From NCBI GenBank assembly GCA_047621685.1, contig JBLHNG010000001.1, forward strand, positions 16,986 through 80,985: DNA of 64,000 bases. The letters are read 5' to 3'. Under the pieces are notes generated by a model. The model had not been told where the DNA came from, ran no database searches, and saw only the letters and a program-made list of their open reading frames with translations. The position numbers were made by a program, and so were the translations under genes. The DNA comes from Myxococcota bacterium (GTDB lineage Bacteria > Myxococcota_A > UBA796). Shown piece by piece: positions 10,408 through 20,503 of the stretch. Each line of letters opens with the position of its first letter. Positions within the stretch are counted from its first letter, which is position 1.

Positions 10408-10445
10408 TCTCACCGAGCCGGTGTTGTCTCGCCCGATTGAGGTTC

Positions 10446-11753
10446 CTACATCGACCCGGTGGTGATGTTCCAGGTGAAGGTGTTGTCCGCGAGCCGGCCG
10501 AGAAGTTCCTTGTCAAAGGTCTTCTTCTCAGCGTTGTAGCGATAGGCCTTCAGCTCCCGCTGCTCGTCGGCAGCGACGTACAGCTCCAGCTTGCCGTCGC
10601 CGTCGAGGTCCGCGGCGTAGCTGGCGTGCTCGAAGCCACTGGAGACGGCGTCGATGAGAGTCTTCTGCCAGCCGTCTTCCTCCTTCGTCAGCAGCCAGAG
10701 GCCGGTCTTCATCGCCGCAGCGACCAGATCGATGTCGCCGTCGCCGTCGAAGTCGCCGGGGATGAGGAAGCGGGTCTGCCGGTCGTCGATCGTCATGATC
10801 GACTCGTGGGTGAAGGTGCCGTCCTCGCCGAGGGTGTACTGGCGGATCTCGACGGGCTTGACCACGCTCTTGCCTGCTGTCTCGGCCTCCACCACGCTGA
10901 ACAGCTCGCTGGTGCCGTCGCCGTCGATGTCGGTGACCAGGATCTCCTTGGCGTGGGTGGTGCCGAACGGATCGACCAGAGTGCGCACATAGGTGGTGCC
11001 GTCGAAGCGGTACATCACCATCTGACCGGCCTGGCTGGCGTTGGCCTTGTTGCGGTCGGTCGGGGTGGCGAAGAACTCCATCTTGCCGTCGCCGTCAATG
11101 TCACCGATCTCGATCTCGTGGACGAAGGTGTCGGCCTTCTTGTCCAGCTCGATGATCACGGCCTCGCCGCCGTCTTCTGGCGGGTTGTAGACCGCGACCA
11201 CGCCGTAGTCGTGGCTGGCGATGACGTACTCGTCCTTGCCATCTCCATCGACATCGCCGATCTCCAGGTCCCGAAGGCGGTTGAACTTGCCCTCCCAGTC
11301 CTGCTGCCAGAGGGACTCCCCGCTCCAGGCGCCGTCGGCGAAGGTCCACTTCTTGAGGTGAGCCCCCTCTGCGCCGATGGTGAGGATGGAGCCGTCGTCG
11401 AGCTGGATGGCCTTGTGGAAGACGTTGGAGTCGCCGTCTTCGAGGCGGGTCGCCCGCCAGCCGTCCGGGGTCTGACGCCACAGCTCAAGCCGCGCAGGAC
11501 CGGGCTTGGGCTTGTTGGCTTCGTCCTTCCAGAACCACGCCTGTGCGACGAGCAGGGTGGGGTAGGGACCGCCCTCCAGTGCCTCCTGCTCCGGTGTCGG
11601 TGCAGCCTTGCCAGCGGGCGCGGGGGTCGCACCCTTGTCGGTGCCCGCCGTCGGCTTGGTGGTGGGCTCCTCGGTGTCGCCGTCACAGGCAACAACCCCG
11701 AGAGCGATGGCCAGCAGGGCGGAAGGGATAGCAATCAGCAGGCGGTTTTTCAT
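10446..11753 (-). CDS. FG-GAP/VCBS repeat lipoprotein
   Basis: Internal start MKNRLLIAIPSALLAIALGVVAC (lipobox). Repeated DxDGDG motifs: DVDGDGKDE, DIDGDGKME, DIDGDGTSE, DFDGDGDID, DLDGDGKLE. Confidence 0.8.
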   Translation of the reverse strand: MKNRLLIAIPSALLAIALGVVACDGDTEEPTTKPTAGTDKGATPAPAGKAAPTPEQEALEGGPYPTLLVAQAWFWKDEANKPKPGPARLELWRQTPDGWRATRLEDGDSNVFHKAIQLDDGSILTIGAEGAHLKKWTFADGAWSGESLWQQDWEGKFNRLRDLEIGDVDGDGKDEYVIASHDYGVVAVYNPPEDGGEAVIIELDKKADTFVHEIEIGDIDGDGKMEFFATPTDRNKANASQAGQMVMYRFDGTTYVRTLVDPFGTTHAKEILVTDIDGDGTSELFSVVEAETAGKSVVKPVEIRQYTLGEDGTFTHESIMTIDDRQTRFLIPGDFDGDGDIDLVAAAMKTGLWLLTKEEDGWQKTLIDAVSSGFEHASYAADLDGDGKLELYVAADEQRELKAYRYNAEKKTFDKELLGRLADNTFTWNITTGSM

Positions 11754-11842
11754 AGCAGGGCTCCAGTGGTCGCACCGCGAGATATCGGCTCGAAGCGATC
11801 CATTCAAGCACCTGCACGGTTTCTGCAGCCCATCTGTGCCGA

Positions 11843-12322
11843 TCAGACCCCTGTGGAGCCAAATCCGCGCTCGCCTCGCTGGGTGTCGTCGAGGGTGGTG
11901 ACCACTGCGATCTGTGCCTGCGCTACCGCAGCGATGATCATCTGGGCGATGCGCATGCCCCGGGTGACCTCAAACGGATCCGGGCCGAGGTTGATGAGCA
12001 GGACCTTCAGCTCTCCCCGATAGTCGGCGTCGATGGTACCTGGGGAGTTCGGTATCGAGATGCCGTACCGGAACGCGAGCCCGGATCGGGGGCGAATCTG
12101 TGCCTCAAAGCCCATCGGGACCGCGATGCTCAGTCCGGTGGCGACCGCGGCACGGCCCATCGGTGCCAGGGTGAGCGACTCCGCGGCGTGCAGGTCCATG
12201 CCTGCGGCCCCCGGGGTCTGATAGGCGGGCAGGGGGAGCCCTTCTCCATGGGGAAGGACCTTGATCCGAAGCTGAACGTCCACAGCACGCTCTCCAGTCG
12301 AGGGGAGCGCCACCCGTATCAC
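11843..12322 (-). CDS. dut: dUTP diphosphatase
   Basis: [22 protein letters not shown] and C-terminal [10 protein letters not shown] motifs. The true start may be slightly downstream. Confidence 0.9.
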   Translation of the reverse strand: MIRVALPSTGERAVDVQLRIKVLPHGEGLPLPAYQTPGAAGMDLHAAESLTLAPMGRAAVATGLSIAVPMGFEAQIRPRSGLAFRYGISIPNSPGTIDADYRGELKVLLINLGPDPFEVTRGMRIAQMIIAAVAQAQIAVVTTLDDTQRGERGFGSTGV

Positions 12323-12415
12323 GCCAACGAGAGAGCCCCCTCAAGCCGGATCGGAATCCAACCTGAGGGGGCTCGGCGGTCTCAGGCTGAGCCTGCACCG
12401 ACTGCGTGTCGTGGC

Positions 12416-14518
12416 TTAGAGCAGCGCGTCGTCCAGGGCTTCCTTGCGGGAGAGCCGGACCTTGCCGCCCTTGTCGATGTCGATGACCCGGACCAGGACC
12501 TCATCACCCTCGTTGACGATGTCGGTGGTGTTGTTGACCCGCTCCTTGGCGAGGTGGCTGATGTGGACCAGACCCTCGGTTCCGGGGAAGATCTCGACGA
12601 ACGCGCCGAAGTCGACGGTGCGCTTGACCACGCCGAGGTAGAGCTTGCCGATCTCAGCTTCCTGGGTCAGCTCGCGGATGAGGCTGATGGCCTTCTCGGC
12701 GGCTTCCATGGAGGTGGAGGCGACGTCGACCTTTCCGGTGTCGTCCACGGTGACGCGGGTTCCGGTCTGCTCCTGGATGGAGCGGATGGTCCGACCACCG
12801 GGGCCGATGAGCTCGCGGATCTTGTCGTTCTTGATCTTGATGGAGGTGATTCGGGGGGCGTGCGGCGAGAGATCGTCGCGGTGGGTAGCGATGGTCTTGG
12901 CCATCTCGTCGAGGATGTGGATCCGGCCCTCACGCGCCTGGTTCATCGCCCGCAGCATGACCTCACGGGGGATGCTGTCGATCTTGGTGTCCATCTGGAA
13001 GGCGGTGATGCCCTTGTGGGTACCGGTGACCTTGAAGTCCATGTCGCCGAGGTGGTCCTCGTCGCCGAGGATGTCGGACAGGACCGCGAAGGAGTCACCC
13101 TCCTTGATGAGGCCCATCGCGATGCCAGCGACGGGGGCCGTGAGGGGCACACCGGCGTCGAGCAGGGCGAGGGTGGCGCCGCAGACCGAAGCCATGGACG
13201 AGGAGCCGTTGGACTCCAGGACGTCCGCGCAGCAACGGAGGACGTAGGGGAACGCGTCCTGGTTGGGGATGACCGGGACCATTGCGCGGTGGGCGAGGGC
13301 GCCGTGACCGATCTCGCGCCGCTTGGGACCGCGCATCGGGCGGGCCTCGCCGGTGCAGAACGGCGGGAAGTTGTAGGTCAGCATCCAGCGGCGGAAGTTG
13401 TCGGTCGCGCCGGCGTAGTCGATGCGCTGCGAGTCGCGCTCAACACCGAGGGCGGCGGTCACGAGGGTCTGGGTCTCGCCGCGGGTGAACACTGCGGAGC
13501 CGTGGGCACGGGCCGAGACGCCGACCTCACACCAGATGTCGCGGATCTCGTCGGTGGCCCGACCGTCGATGCGGCGGCCCTCTTCGATGACCACGCGGCG
13601 CATCTGCTTGCTGACCATCTTCTGCCAGGCCTTCTTGGCGGTCTTGGTGACCCCATCGACATCCTCACAGCCCTCGGTGAGCTGTGCGATGACGCTGTTG
13701 CGGGCGACCTTGAGGGCTGTGCTGCGCTCGTGCTTGCCGGTGATGGCGAGGGCAGTGACGAGGGGGGTGAGGCCCAGCTCGCTGACCTTGGCCACGACGT
13801 CCGCGTCCAGCGTGGGAGCGGGGGCGATCGTCATCTTCTCGACACCGGCGAGGGTGCGAAGCTCCTCGATGGCGGCGACGATCTTCTTGATCTCTGCGTG
13901 TGCGAGATCCATGGCATCCATCACGATGACCTCTCCGATCTCCTTGGCGCCACCCTCGACCATGCAGATGGCATCTGCGGTGCCAGCGACGGTGAGGTTC
14001 AGCTCGGCCTCGTCCATCTGGGCGCGGCTGGGGTTGACCACCAGCTCACCATCAACGAGAGAGACGCGGACGCCAGCGACCGGCCGCTGCATGGGCAGCT
14101 CGCTGATGTGCATCGCCGCGCTGGCGCCACAGAGGGCGAGCACGTCGGTGTCGCAGTTGGTGTCAAACGAGATGACGGTTGCGATGATCTGCAGGTCGTT
14201 GCGGAAGTGCTTGGGGAACTGCGGACGGATGGGGCGGTCGATGAGCCGACAGATGAGGGTCTCGCGCTCGTTGGAGCGGCCCTCGCGCTTGTGGAAGCTG
14301 CCCGGGATGGTACCGAACGAGCCATTGCGATCCTGGTAGTCCACCGTGAGGGGCAGGAAGTCGAACGGGCGGGGGCTGCGGGAGCAGGCGGCGGTCACGA
14401 GGACCGAGCTGTCGTTCTGGCTGATGACGACGGCGCCAGATGCCTGCTTGGCGAGCTTGCCAGTCTCAAGGGTAAAGGGGCGGCCACCGACGTCGATGGT
14501 AATGGTATGAATGTTCAT
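12416..14518 (-). CDS. pnp: Polyribonucleotide nucleotidyltransferase (PNPase)
   Basis: Full-length duplicated RNase PH domains, KH (GPGGRTIR) and S1 ([19 protein letters not shown]) domains. Start taken at MNIHTITID. Confidence 0.95.
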   Translation of the reverse strand: MNIHTITIDVGGRPFTLETGKLAKQASGAVVISQNDSSVLVTAACSRSPRPFDFLPLTVDYQDRNGSFGTIPGSFHKREGRSNERETLICRLIDRPIRPQFPKHFRNDLQIIATVISFDTNCDTDVLALCGASAAMHISELPMQRPVAGVRVSLVDGELVVNPSRAQMDEAELNLTVAGTADAICMVEGGAKEIGEVIVMDAMDLAHAEIKKIVAAIEELRTLAGVEKMTIAPAPTLDADVVAKVSELGLTPLVTALAITGKHERSTALKVARNSVIAQLTEGCEDVDGVTKTAKKAWQKMVSKQMRRVVIEEGRRIDGRATDEIRDIWCEVGVSARAHGSAVFTRGETQTLVTAALGVERDSQRIDYAGATDNFRRWMLTYNFPPFCTGEARPMRGPKRREIGHGALAHRAMVPVIPNQDAFPYVLRCCADVLESNGSSSMASVCGATLALLDAGVPLTAPVAGIAMGLIKEGDSFAVLSDILGDEDHLGDMDFKVTGTHKGITAFQMDTKIDSIPREVMLRAMNQAREGRIHILDEMAKTIATHRDDLSPHAPRITSIKIKNDKIRELIGPGGRTIRSIQEQTGTRVTVDDTGKVDVASTSMEAAEKAISLIRELTQEAEIGKLYLGVVKRTVDFGAFVEIFPGTEGLVHISHLAKERVNNTTDIVNEGDEVLVRVIDIDKGGKVRLSRKEALDDALL

Positions 14519-14740
14519 GATTCTTCCGATTGGAAGCACCACACGGCTTCATCCGGAGAACAGGTAACAGGGCACCTGTAGACTTGCGATGTGGCATCAA
14601 GCGAACTTGATGGCGCATCGTTAGCCTGCAGGGATTCCAGCCATCCTGCGACTCCGGGATCACCCGAGTGGAGCGGATTGTGCTGTCTTGTCGCAGCGAG
14701 AGTGCTGCTTAACAACTGTAAAGAACAAGGGGGGTTGTAA

Positions 14741-14774
14741 GAACCAAACAGGGCGACGGTTTCCCGTCGCCCTG
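14741..14774 (-). terminator. Rho-independent terminator/attenuator between rpsO and pnp
   Basis: Perfect hairpin CAGGGCGACGG-gaaa-CCGTCGCCCTG (as read on the minus strand; + strand 14749..14774 shows loop tttc), followed on the minus strand by TTTGGTTCTT, directly after the rpsO stop. The classical rpsO-pnp arrangement. Confidence 0.6.
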
Positions 14775-14781
14775 TCAAGTC

Positions 14782-15051
14782 TTAGCGGCGCAGACCCAGA
14801 CGCTCGATGAGCGCCTTGTAGCGGTTGTTGTCTACCTTCTGGAGGTAGCGCAGCAGCCGCCGGCGCTGGCCGACCAGCTTGAGAAGGCCACGACGGGAGT
14901 GGTGGTCCTTCTTGTGCGTCTGGAAGTGCTCGGTGAGGTAGGTGATGCGCTCGGTGAGGAGTGCGACCTGAACCTCGGGGGAGCCGGTGTCGTTTTCTAC
15001 ACGAGCGTACTCGTGAATGATTTCTGTCTTGCGGTTTGGGGTCATCGCCAT
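14782..15051 (-). CDS. rpsO: 30S ribosomal protein S15
   Basis: 89 aa with [16 protein letters not shown]...[20 protein letters not shown], the canonical S15 sequence. Confidence 0.95.
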   Translation of the reverse strand: MAMTPNRKTEIIHEYARVENDTGSPEVQVALLTERITYLTEHFQTHKKDHHSRRGLLKLVGQRRRLLRYLQKVDNNRYKALIERLGLRR

Positions 15052-15252
15052 GATATTTCTCCGGTAAGACCGGGCCTGGCAGGTGGGATGTGGTGGCGTT
15101 CCACTACTCCTTCATCATGTTGTCTTCAGAATGAAAGACACCCAGGATGAAGATCCCTGCCGCACAGGCCGGCATCAAGGAGGGGAAATTGACCCGCTGC
15201 CGGGAGGCTGTCAAGGTGCAGGGGTGTAGATCCAGCCCCGGAGCGCCCCTTT

Positions 15253-15846
15253 ATGTTGACGCCGCACCCCTCCGTTCAGCGAAACAGAGATCCAATAGCA
15301 AAGGTTATTCAAGGCGTATTGCCCGGTGAAGGACTCGTCCTGGAGATCGGAAGTGGCAGTGGTGCGCATGCGGCATGGTTTGCCCCCCGACTCCCTGGAG
15401 TGAGCTGGCAGCCCACCGATGGCGAGCCCGCTTCGCTGCCGATCATCTCTCAGTGGGCCGCGCAGTCCGGTGCCACCAACATCCTCCCCCCGCTCCACCT
15501 CGACGCCACCGCTCAGGACTGGCCTGTCGAGAGGGCTGCAGCGATGGTGTGCATCAACATGATCCACATCTCCCCCTGGCAAGTCACCCTCGGCCTGCTG
15601 GCCGGCGCCGGGCGGGTGCTACCCAGCGGCGGCGTGCTCTACCTCTACGGGCCCTTCCGCATCAACGGGCAGCAGACTGCGCCGAGCAATGTGCAGTTCG
15701 AGGGCTGGCTGAAGGGGCTCGATCCGCGGTTCGGCGTCCGGGATCTCGGCGAGGTCACTGAGGTCGCGGCAGGCCATGGACTGCGACTCACCGAGCGCCG
15801 AGCAATGCCAGCCAACAACTTCTCGGTGGTCTTCCAGCGCGACTGA
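15253..15846 (+). CDS. DUF938-family methyltransferase-like protein
   Basis: LEIGSGSGAHAAWFA..LP...WQPTD, NMIHISPW, LYLYGPF, SN..F...L......GVRD and MPANNFSVVFQR match my recollection of DUF938. Confidence 0.75.
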   Translation: MLTPHPSVQRNRDPIAKVIQGVLPGEGLVLEIGSGSGAHAAWFAPRLPGVSWQPTDGEPASLPIISQWAAQSGATNILPPLHLDATAQDWPVERAAAMVCINMIHISPWQVTLGLLAGAGRVLPSGGVLYLYGPFRINGQQTAPSNVQFEGWLKGLDPRFGVRDLGEVTEVAAGHGLRLTERRAMPANNFSVVFQRD

Positions 15847-15878
15847 ACACCGACTCCAGCAGCTCTACTCCAGCAGCT

Positions 15879-16892
15879 CTACTCCAGCAGCTTCGGCCCG
15901 CCCTTCGCGGCGACCGGTCGACGGATCTGAAGGGTGCGCCCGGCGGTCTGGCCGCTGGCGGTTGCCGCATTGGCGCGCAGGGTGCTCCCCCGCCCAGCGC
16001 GACGGCGGGGGTGGCGGGTCTCCAGGTAGTCCTCCAGTCCCGCCGCCTTCACCCACACCAGCCCGGCCTCCTCGTCGTCGCGCTGCTGAGCCTCCAGCTG
16101 CTGGCGGACCCCCATCATCACCCCGGCGAAGAACCGCTGCCGATCGCGACCGTGGGCGCCGGTGCGCTTCCGATGCGCCCGCCAGAGCCGACCGGTGGCC
16201 TCCAGCAGGAAGCCGTGCATCCAGCAGGCGACCTCCAGGTTCTCCGGGCTGCCGCAGATCTCCAGCACCCGCCCCCGCTTCCTGCGGTCCACCGCGTACC
16301 CGCTCACCCAGATCCCACTGACGAAGAAGTGATCGATGAGGATGGCAGCGAGCAGCTTGTCGTACAGCGGGCGGCTGCCGGAGGGGGTGCCGAGCTGACG
16401 AAAGCCGTAGCGGCTGGTGCCGCCGGCCTCGGAGAGGTTGTGCCGCAGCATCAGCCGCCGGGCCGCCCGGGCTGCGACCTCCGCCTCATGCACGTTGTCG
16501 CTGCCGGCCAGGGCGAGCAGCCGCTGCACCTTGCGCATCGCCTTGCTGGCGCTGTCTGGCAGTCCCCCGGCAGCCGGATCGATCTGGAGCCGTCGGCAGA
16601 CCTCCTGGAACACCGGTCCGTGTGCGGTCTCATCGGCCTTGAGCACCTCAGCGACGTACTGGTGGGCCATCTCGTGCTTGAGGATCTCCACCACCACGCC
16701 CCACGGCTGCGTGGTCACCAGGGTGCGAGACAGGCTCAGGGTGCGACCGGTCGTCGTCCAGGTCCCCAGCGTCGTCTGGCCATCCGAGAGCGCGAGGATC
16801 GGCGCCCGGAGGGCCTCGCGGAAGTGCAGTCGGTTGACCCGCCGCCACTCGGAGAGCAGCTCGTGGATCAGAAGGGACTCGGGGGCGGTCAT
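15879..16892 (-). CDS. SprT-like zinc metallopeptidase domain protein with DUF2786-like segment
   Basis: HEMAHQY (HExxH) in a SprT-like context, plus LALAGSDNVHEAEVAARAARRLMLRHNL. ORF-track start 17117 trimmed to ATG 16892 because the extension overlaps the mutT-like gene. Confidence 0.6.
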   Translation of the reverse strand: MTAPESLLIHELLSEWRRVNRLHFREALRAPILALSDGQTTLGTWTTTGRTLSLSRTLVTTQPWGVVVEILKHEMAHQYVAEVLKADETAHGPVFQEVCRRLQIDPAAGGLPDSASKAMRKVQRLLALAGSDNVHEAEVAARAARRLMLRHNLSEAGGTSRYGFRQLGTPSGSRPLYDKLLAAILIDHFFVSGIWVSGYAVDRRKRGRVLEICGSPENLEVACWMHGFLLEATGRLWRAHRKRTGAHGRDRQRFFAGVMMGVRQQLEAQQRDDEEAGLVWVKAAGLEDYLETRHPRRRAGRGSTLRANAATASGQTAGRTLQIRRPVAAKGGPKLLE

Positions 16893-16917
16893 GGTGTCGT
16901 CTCTATATAAAGCGTCA

Positions 16918-17325
16918 ATGAAGATCATCCGAGTCGTCGCAGGCGCGATCATCAAAGACGGCCTGCTCCTGGCCGCGCTGCGGGGGCCGGGCATGTCCCA
17001 GGCGGGGCTGTGGGAGCTGCCCGGTGGGAAGGTGGAGCCTGGAGAGGATGACCGCAGTGCCCTCGCCCGGGAGCTGCACGAAGAGCTGGGCATCACCGTC
17101 GCCGTCGGGGACTTCATCGCCAGCCACGACCACGCCTACCCCGGCAAGACCGTGCGGCTGGTCGCCTACGCCTGCCGCATCATCGACGGAGCGCTCGCGG
17201 TCACCGAGCACGCGGAGATCCGCTGGGTGAGCGCAGGAGCAATCGACGGGCTGACCTGGGCGCCCGCGGACCTCCCGCTGCTCATCGCCACCCGTCCGCT
17301 GCTCACCGCCCCACCGATGGCTTGA
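16918..17325 (+). CDS. NUDIX hydrolase, MutT-like (8-oxo-dGTP diphosphatase-like)
   Basis: NUDIX box GLWELPGGKVEPGEDDRSALARELHEELGI. About 135 aa. Confidence 0.8.
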   Translation: MKIIRVVAGAIIKDGLLLAALRGPGMSQAGLWELPGGKVEPGEDDRSALARELHEELGITVAVGDFIASHDHAYPGKTVRLVAYACRIIDGALAVTEHAEIRWVSAGAIDGLTWAPADLPLLIATRPLLTAPPMA

Positions 17326-17947
17326 TGTCCGCCCAGGTGTAGCGCCCTGGTTTGAGCGGCGGGACGGGTCGATCCACCAGCGGCGCGAGGACGCGGAGCA
17401 GCTCCAGGAAGCTGTGGGCGGTGCCGCCGAACAGGTGATGCGCTCCGATGTCAAACACCGGCGAGAGCATCGGGCGGCCCCAGCCAGTGAACGGGATCGC
17501 GTCGATGTGGGGGGCTGAGAGAGTCTCCATGATGCCCACGATCAAGACCTTCGCCACCTCACCTGGATCGGGCGTCAGCACATCCTGTTCGACAACCGCC
17601 ACAAACGGCTCCAGCCGGAAGTCGGATGTAAACAGCGGTATCGAGGACATCCTGCCGAGGACCACCGCCCCTTCGATCCCCAGCTCCTCCCGGGCCTCCC
17701 GCAGTGCTGTGGCCTGGATGTCGGCGTCTTGAGGCTCCGGGCGCCCGCCGGGGTAGCTGATCTCACCAGGATGGTTGCGCAGCTGAGACGACCGGAGAAT
17801 CAGCAGACACTCCAGATCTTCCCGCCACCGCAGGGGCACTAAGACCCCGCCCTGGCGGTCATTTCGCCGTCCGGTGTGGGCTGGAGTTTCCTCCCGGGGC
17901 CAACAAGACAGCGCATCGCGGACATCTTCGGGGTGAGGCAGCGTCAT
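17303..17947 (-). CDS. NUDIX hydrolase, CoA pyrophosphatase-like
   Basis: LILRSSQLRNHPGEISYPGGRPEP...ATALREAREELGI. The NUDIX box with preceding context is typical of the CoA pyrophosphatase subgroup. Confidence 0.75.
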   Translation of the reverse strand: MTLPHPEDVRDALSCWPREETPAHTGRRNDRQGGVLVPLRWREDLECLLILRSSQLRNHPGEISYPGGRPEPQDADIQATALREAREELGIEGAVVLGRMSSIPLFTSDFRLEPFVAVVEQDVLTPDPGEVAKVLIVGIMETLSAPHIDAIPFTGWGRPMLSPVFDIGAHHLFGGTAHSFLELLRVLAPLVDRPVPPLKPGRYTWADIKPSVGR

Positions 17948-17982
17948 GTCTCAAGATATAAACGTCTGCCAAGGATGTTCCC

Positions 17983-18498
17983 ATGAACCGAGCCCTGCTG
18001 ATGTTGATGATGGCGGCACCCCTGTCCGCCGGTGCCTACCCAGAGATGATCCCGCTGGAGGAGACCTCCCTGGTCGGCCGTGCGGCCCCGGAGGTTGATC
18101 TCAAGACCCTCGGCGGAGAGGCCTTCGTGCTCTCAGAGGCGAAGAACACGCCGGTCGTTCTGGCGTTCTGGGCGAGCTGGTGTGGCCCCTGCCGCAACGA
18201 GATGCCCGCCCTGATCGAGCTTCAGAAGGCCCGCAGCGATGTGCGCATCGTGATGGTCAACGTCGACCGGGATCGCCGCGACGCCCAGCGCTTCCTCTCC
18301 CAGGTCGGCATCACCCCCGAAGACGCCGAGATCGCCCTGGACAGCGAGGCGCTCGCGCTGGGGGCCTACGGGGTGATGAGCATGCCGACGACGTTCCTGG
18401 TCGACGGCAGCGGCGTCGTGAAGTTCCACAAGGTCGGCTACAGCACTGAGAAGGGCCTCACCGAGCTGATCGAAGCGATCGAGGGGGTGAAGCCATGA
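17983..18498 (+). CDS. Periplasmic TlpA/ResA-like thiol:disulfide oxidoreductase
   Basis: Signal peptide, FWASWCGPCRNEMP (CxxC thioredoxin-fold motif). Confidence 0.85.
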   Translation: MNRALLMLMMAAPLSAGAYPEMIPLEETSLVGRAAPEVDLKTLGGEAFVLSEAKNTPVVLAFWASWCGPCRNEMPALIELQKARSDVRIVMVNVDRDRRDAQRFLSQVGITPEDAEIALDSEALALGAYGVMSMPTTFLVDGSGVVKFHKVGYSTEKGLTELIEAIEGVKP

Positions 18499-20387
18499 AG
18501 AAGGGCGCACTCCTCCTCCTGGTGCTCGTCGGGCTCGCCGGGGCCGCCATCAGCGGGCTGATGACCTGGCACCACGACGTTCAGATGTTCGGAGACGCGG
18601 CGATCCAGGGCGGCCTCATCGGCTGCGAGGCCAGCGAAGAGGTCAACTGCGACATCGTCAACACCAGCGAGTACTCCGAGCTTCTCGGCGTGCCGATCGC
18701 CACCTGGGGCATCGCGACCTACCTGCTGATCGCCATGCTGGCGGCACTGGCTGCGGCCGGGCGTCAGGCCGTGCTCAAGCTGCTGCTGGCCATCGGGGTG
18801 GGCACGACCCTCTACTCCGGCTTCCTGTTCGGCATCTCCAAGCTCCAGCTCAACTACGTCTGTGCCTGGTGCATGCGCCTGTACGGCATCAACCTCTCCA
18901 TCCCGGTGCTCTCCCTGCTCGCCGGTGCCTGGAGTGCGCCGAAGCCGTCGGGGAAGGTCATCGGCTCCGCGCTGGCGGCGTTCGTGCTGCTCTCGGCGGT
19001 CTCAGTCGGCGGAGAGCGGGCGTTTCGGGCGGGTCTGCTCGGTGATGAAGCCAGCACCACCCGGCTCGCAGAGGTCACCCCTCAGGAGGCCACTCCGGTC
19101 GGCCCCCAGCTCGATCCCGAGGGCACCCTCACCGCGCGCACGATGGCGGTGAAGACCGAAGACAAGAACGACGCCATCCTCCACATCCGCGCCGACGACG
19201 CCTGGAAGGGCAACCCGGACGCCGAGGTGATGCTGGTGGAGTTCGCGGACCTGGAGTGCGGCTACTGCAAGCGCACCAGCAGCCAGCTCAAGCGCCTGGT
19301 GGATGCCTACAGCGACGACGTCCTGTTCGTCTTCAAGCACTTCCCGATGGACCCCAGCTGCAACCCCGGGGTGAACAACCGCAAGCACCGAGACGCCTGC
19401 ACCGCAGCGATGGCCAGCGTCTGCGCCCAGCAGCAGGGGCGGTTCTGGTCGTTCCATGACCTCGCGTTCAAGAACCAGCACAAGCTCAAGGCCGACAACC
19501 TCCGGACCTACGCGGAGAGCGTGGGGGCTGACATGGCCACGTTCGACGACTGCATGCGCGACCCGGCCACCAAGCAGGCGGTGGTGGCAGACGCAGAAGA
19601 CGGCGCGGCGGTGGATGCCCACGGCACCCCGCGGATCTTCATCAACGGCCAGCTCTACCGCTCCGGCTCCTCCGCCGAGAAGATGGCCACAGCGATCGAG
19701 CGCGCGCTGGGGGCAGACGCCGCGACAGCCCGGGAGTCCGCCAAGGCCGTCGCGGAGGAGCGGCTCACCACCACCCCCATCCCCGATGACGTCGAAGAGA
19801 TGCAGCGCATCACCCACGGCGACCTCGACTTCCTCATCGACACCTTCGAGTCCGCCCTCTCCGTGCAAGGAAGCACCGCGACCGCACAGCAGGGCCGCCA
19901 CCTCATCCCCGCCACTCAGATGAGCTGGTTCGCCGCCAACGAGGCCTGCTCAGCAGCGGGCAAGCGCATGTGCACCGAGGCGGAGTGGGTGGCCACCTGC
20001 CAGAACACCGCGCCCGTCGACGACGACGGAAACGGCCAGTTCGCCGACGACATGGTCGAGGGCACCAGCTACCCCTACGCCGACTACCACTCCCCCGGGC
20101 GCTGCTGGGATGGCCACGCACGCGGCAGCAAGTGCGGTGAGGAGAAGGACCAGGACTGCCGACCGGTCTACACCGGCGAGATGCCCGGCTGTGTGTCCGC
20201 GGGCGGGGTCTATGACCTGACCGGAAACGTCGAGGAGTGGGTCGGAGACAGCGCAGAGACCGCAGTGCTGCTCGGCGGCGCGTTCGACACCTCCAAGGAC
20301 CACGCCCGCTGCTATCGCAGAAACGACACCTACGGTCCTGGCTTCGCCAATGTCCGGACCGGCTTTCGGTGCTGCAAGAACCCGTGA
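18495..20387 (+). CDS. Triple-domain fusion: VKOR membrane domain + DsbA-like thioredoxin domain + FGE/SUMF1-type domain
   Basis: N-terminal TM helices with Cys pairs (CEASEEVNCD, CAWC). Central VEFADLECGYCKR DsbA motif. C-terminal MSWFAANEAC..GKRMCTEAEW, YDLTGNVEEWV, RTGFRCC FGE-sulfatase signature. Confidence 0.8.
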   Translation: MKKGALLLLVLVGLAGAAISGLMTWHHDVQMFGDAAIQGGLIGCEASEEVNCDIVNTSEYSELLGVPIATWGIATYLLIAMLAALAAAGRQAVLKLLLAIGVGTTLYSGFLFGISKLQLNYVCAWCMRLYGINLSIPVLSLLAGAWSAPKPSGKVIGSALAAFVLLSAVSVGGERAFRAGLLGDEASTTRLAEVTPQEATPVGPQLDPEGTLTARTMAVKTEDKNDAILHIRADDAWKGNPDAEVMLVEFADLECGYCKRTSSQLKRLVDAYSDDVLFVFKHFPMDPSCNPGVNNRKHRDACTAAMASVCAQQQGRFWSFHDLAFKNQHKLKADNLRTYAESVGADMATFDDCMRDPATKQAVVADAEDGAAVDAHGTPRIFINGQLYRSGSSAEKMATAIERALGADAATARESAKAVAEERLTTTPIPDDVEEMQRITHGDLDFLIDTFESALSVQGSTATAQQGRHLIPATQMSWFAANEACSAAGKRMCTEAEWVATCQNTAPVDDDGNGQFADDMVEGTSYPYADYHSPGRCWDGHARGSKCGEEKDQDCRPVYTGEMPGCVSAGGVYDLTGNVEEWVGDSAETAVLLGGAFDTSKDHARCYRRNDTYGPGFANVRTGFRCCKNP

Positions 20388-20503
20388 GCTGATCGGGCCA
20401 AAAAAAGCGGGGTGTCGAAGGCATACGACAGGGCTGTAGAAGGCTTACGACAGCGGCCACCAGCCTCGGATCGCTACTTCTTTCTCATCAATCCCCCTGA
20501 TAG

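Noticed and set aside
12188-14581. 797-aa plus-strand ORF opposite pnp. Similar long ORFs lie opposite real genes at 1865..3571, 3616..5535, 8791..9939, 10398..12023, 32109..33602, 35006..36625, 39908..40927, 56365..57408 and 61014..62714
   Set aside because: These are GC-rich shadow ORFs. Their translations are Gly/Arg/Asp/Val low-complexity with no motifs, while the opposite strand carries clearly recognisable proteins.
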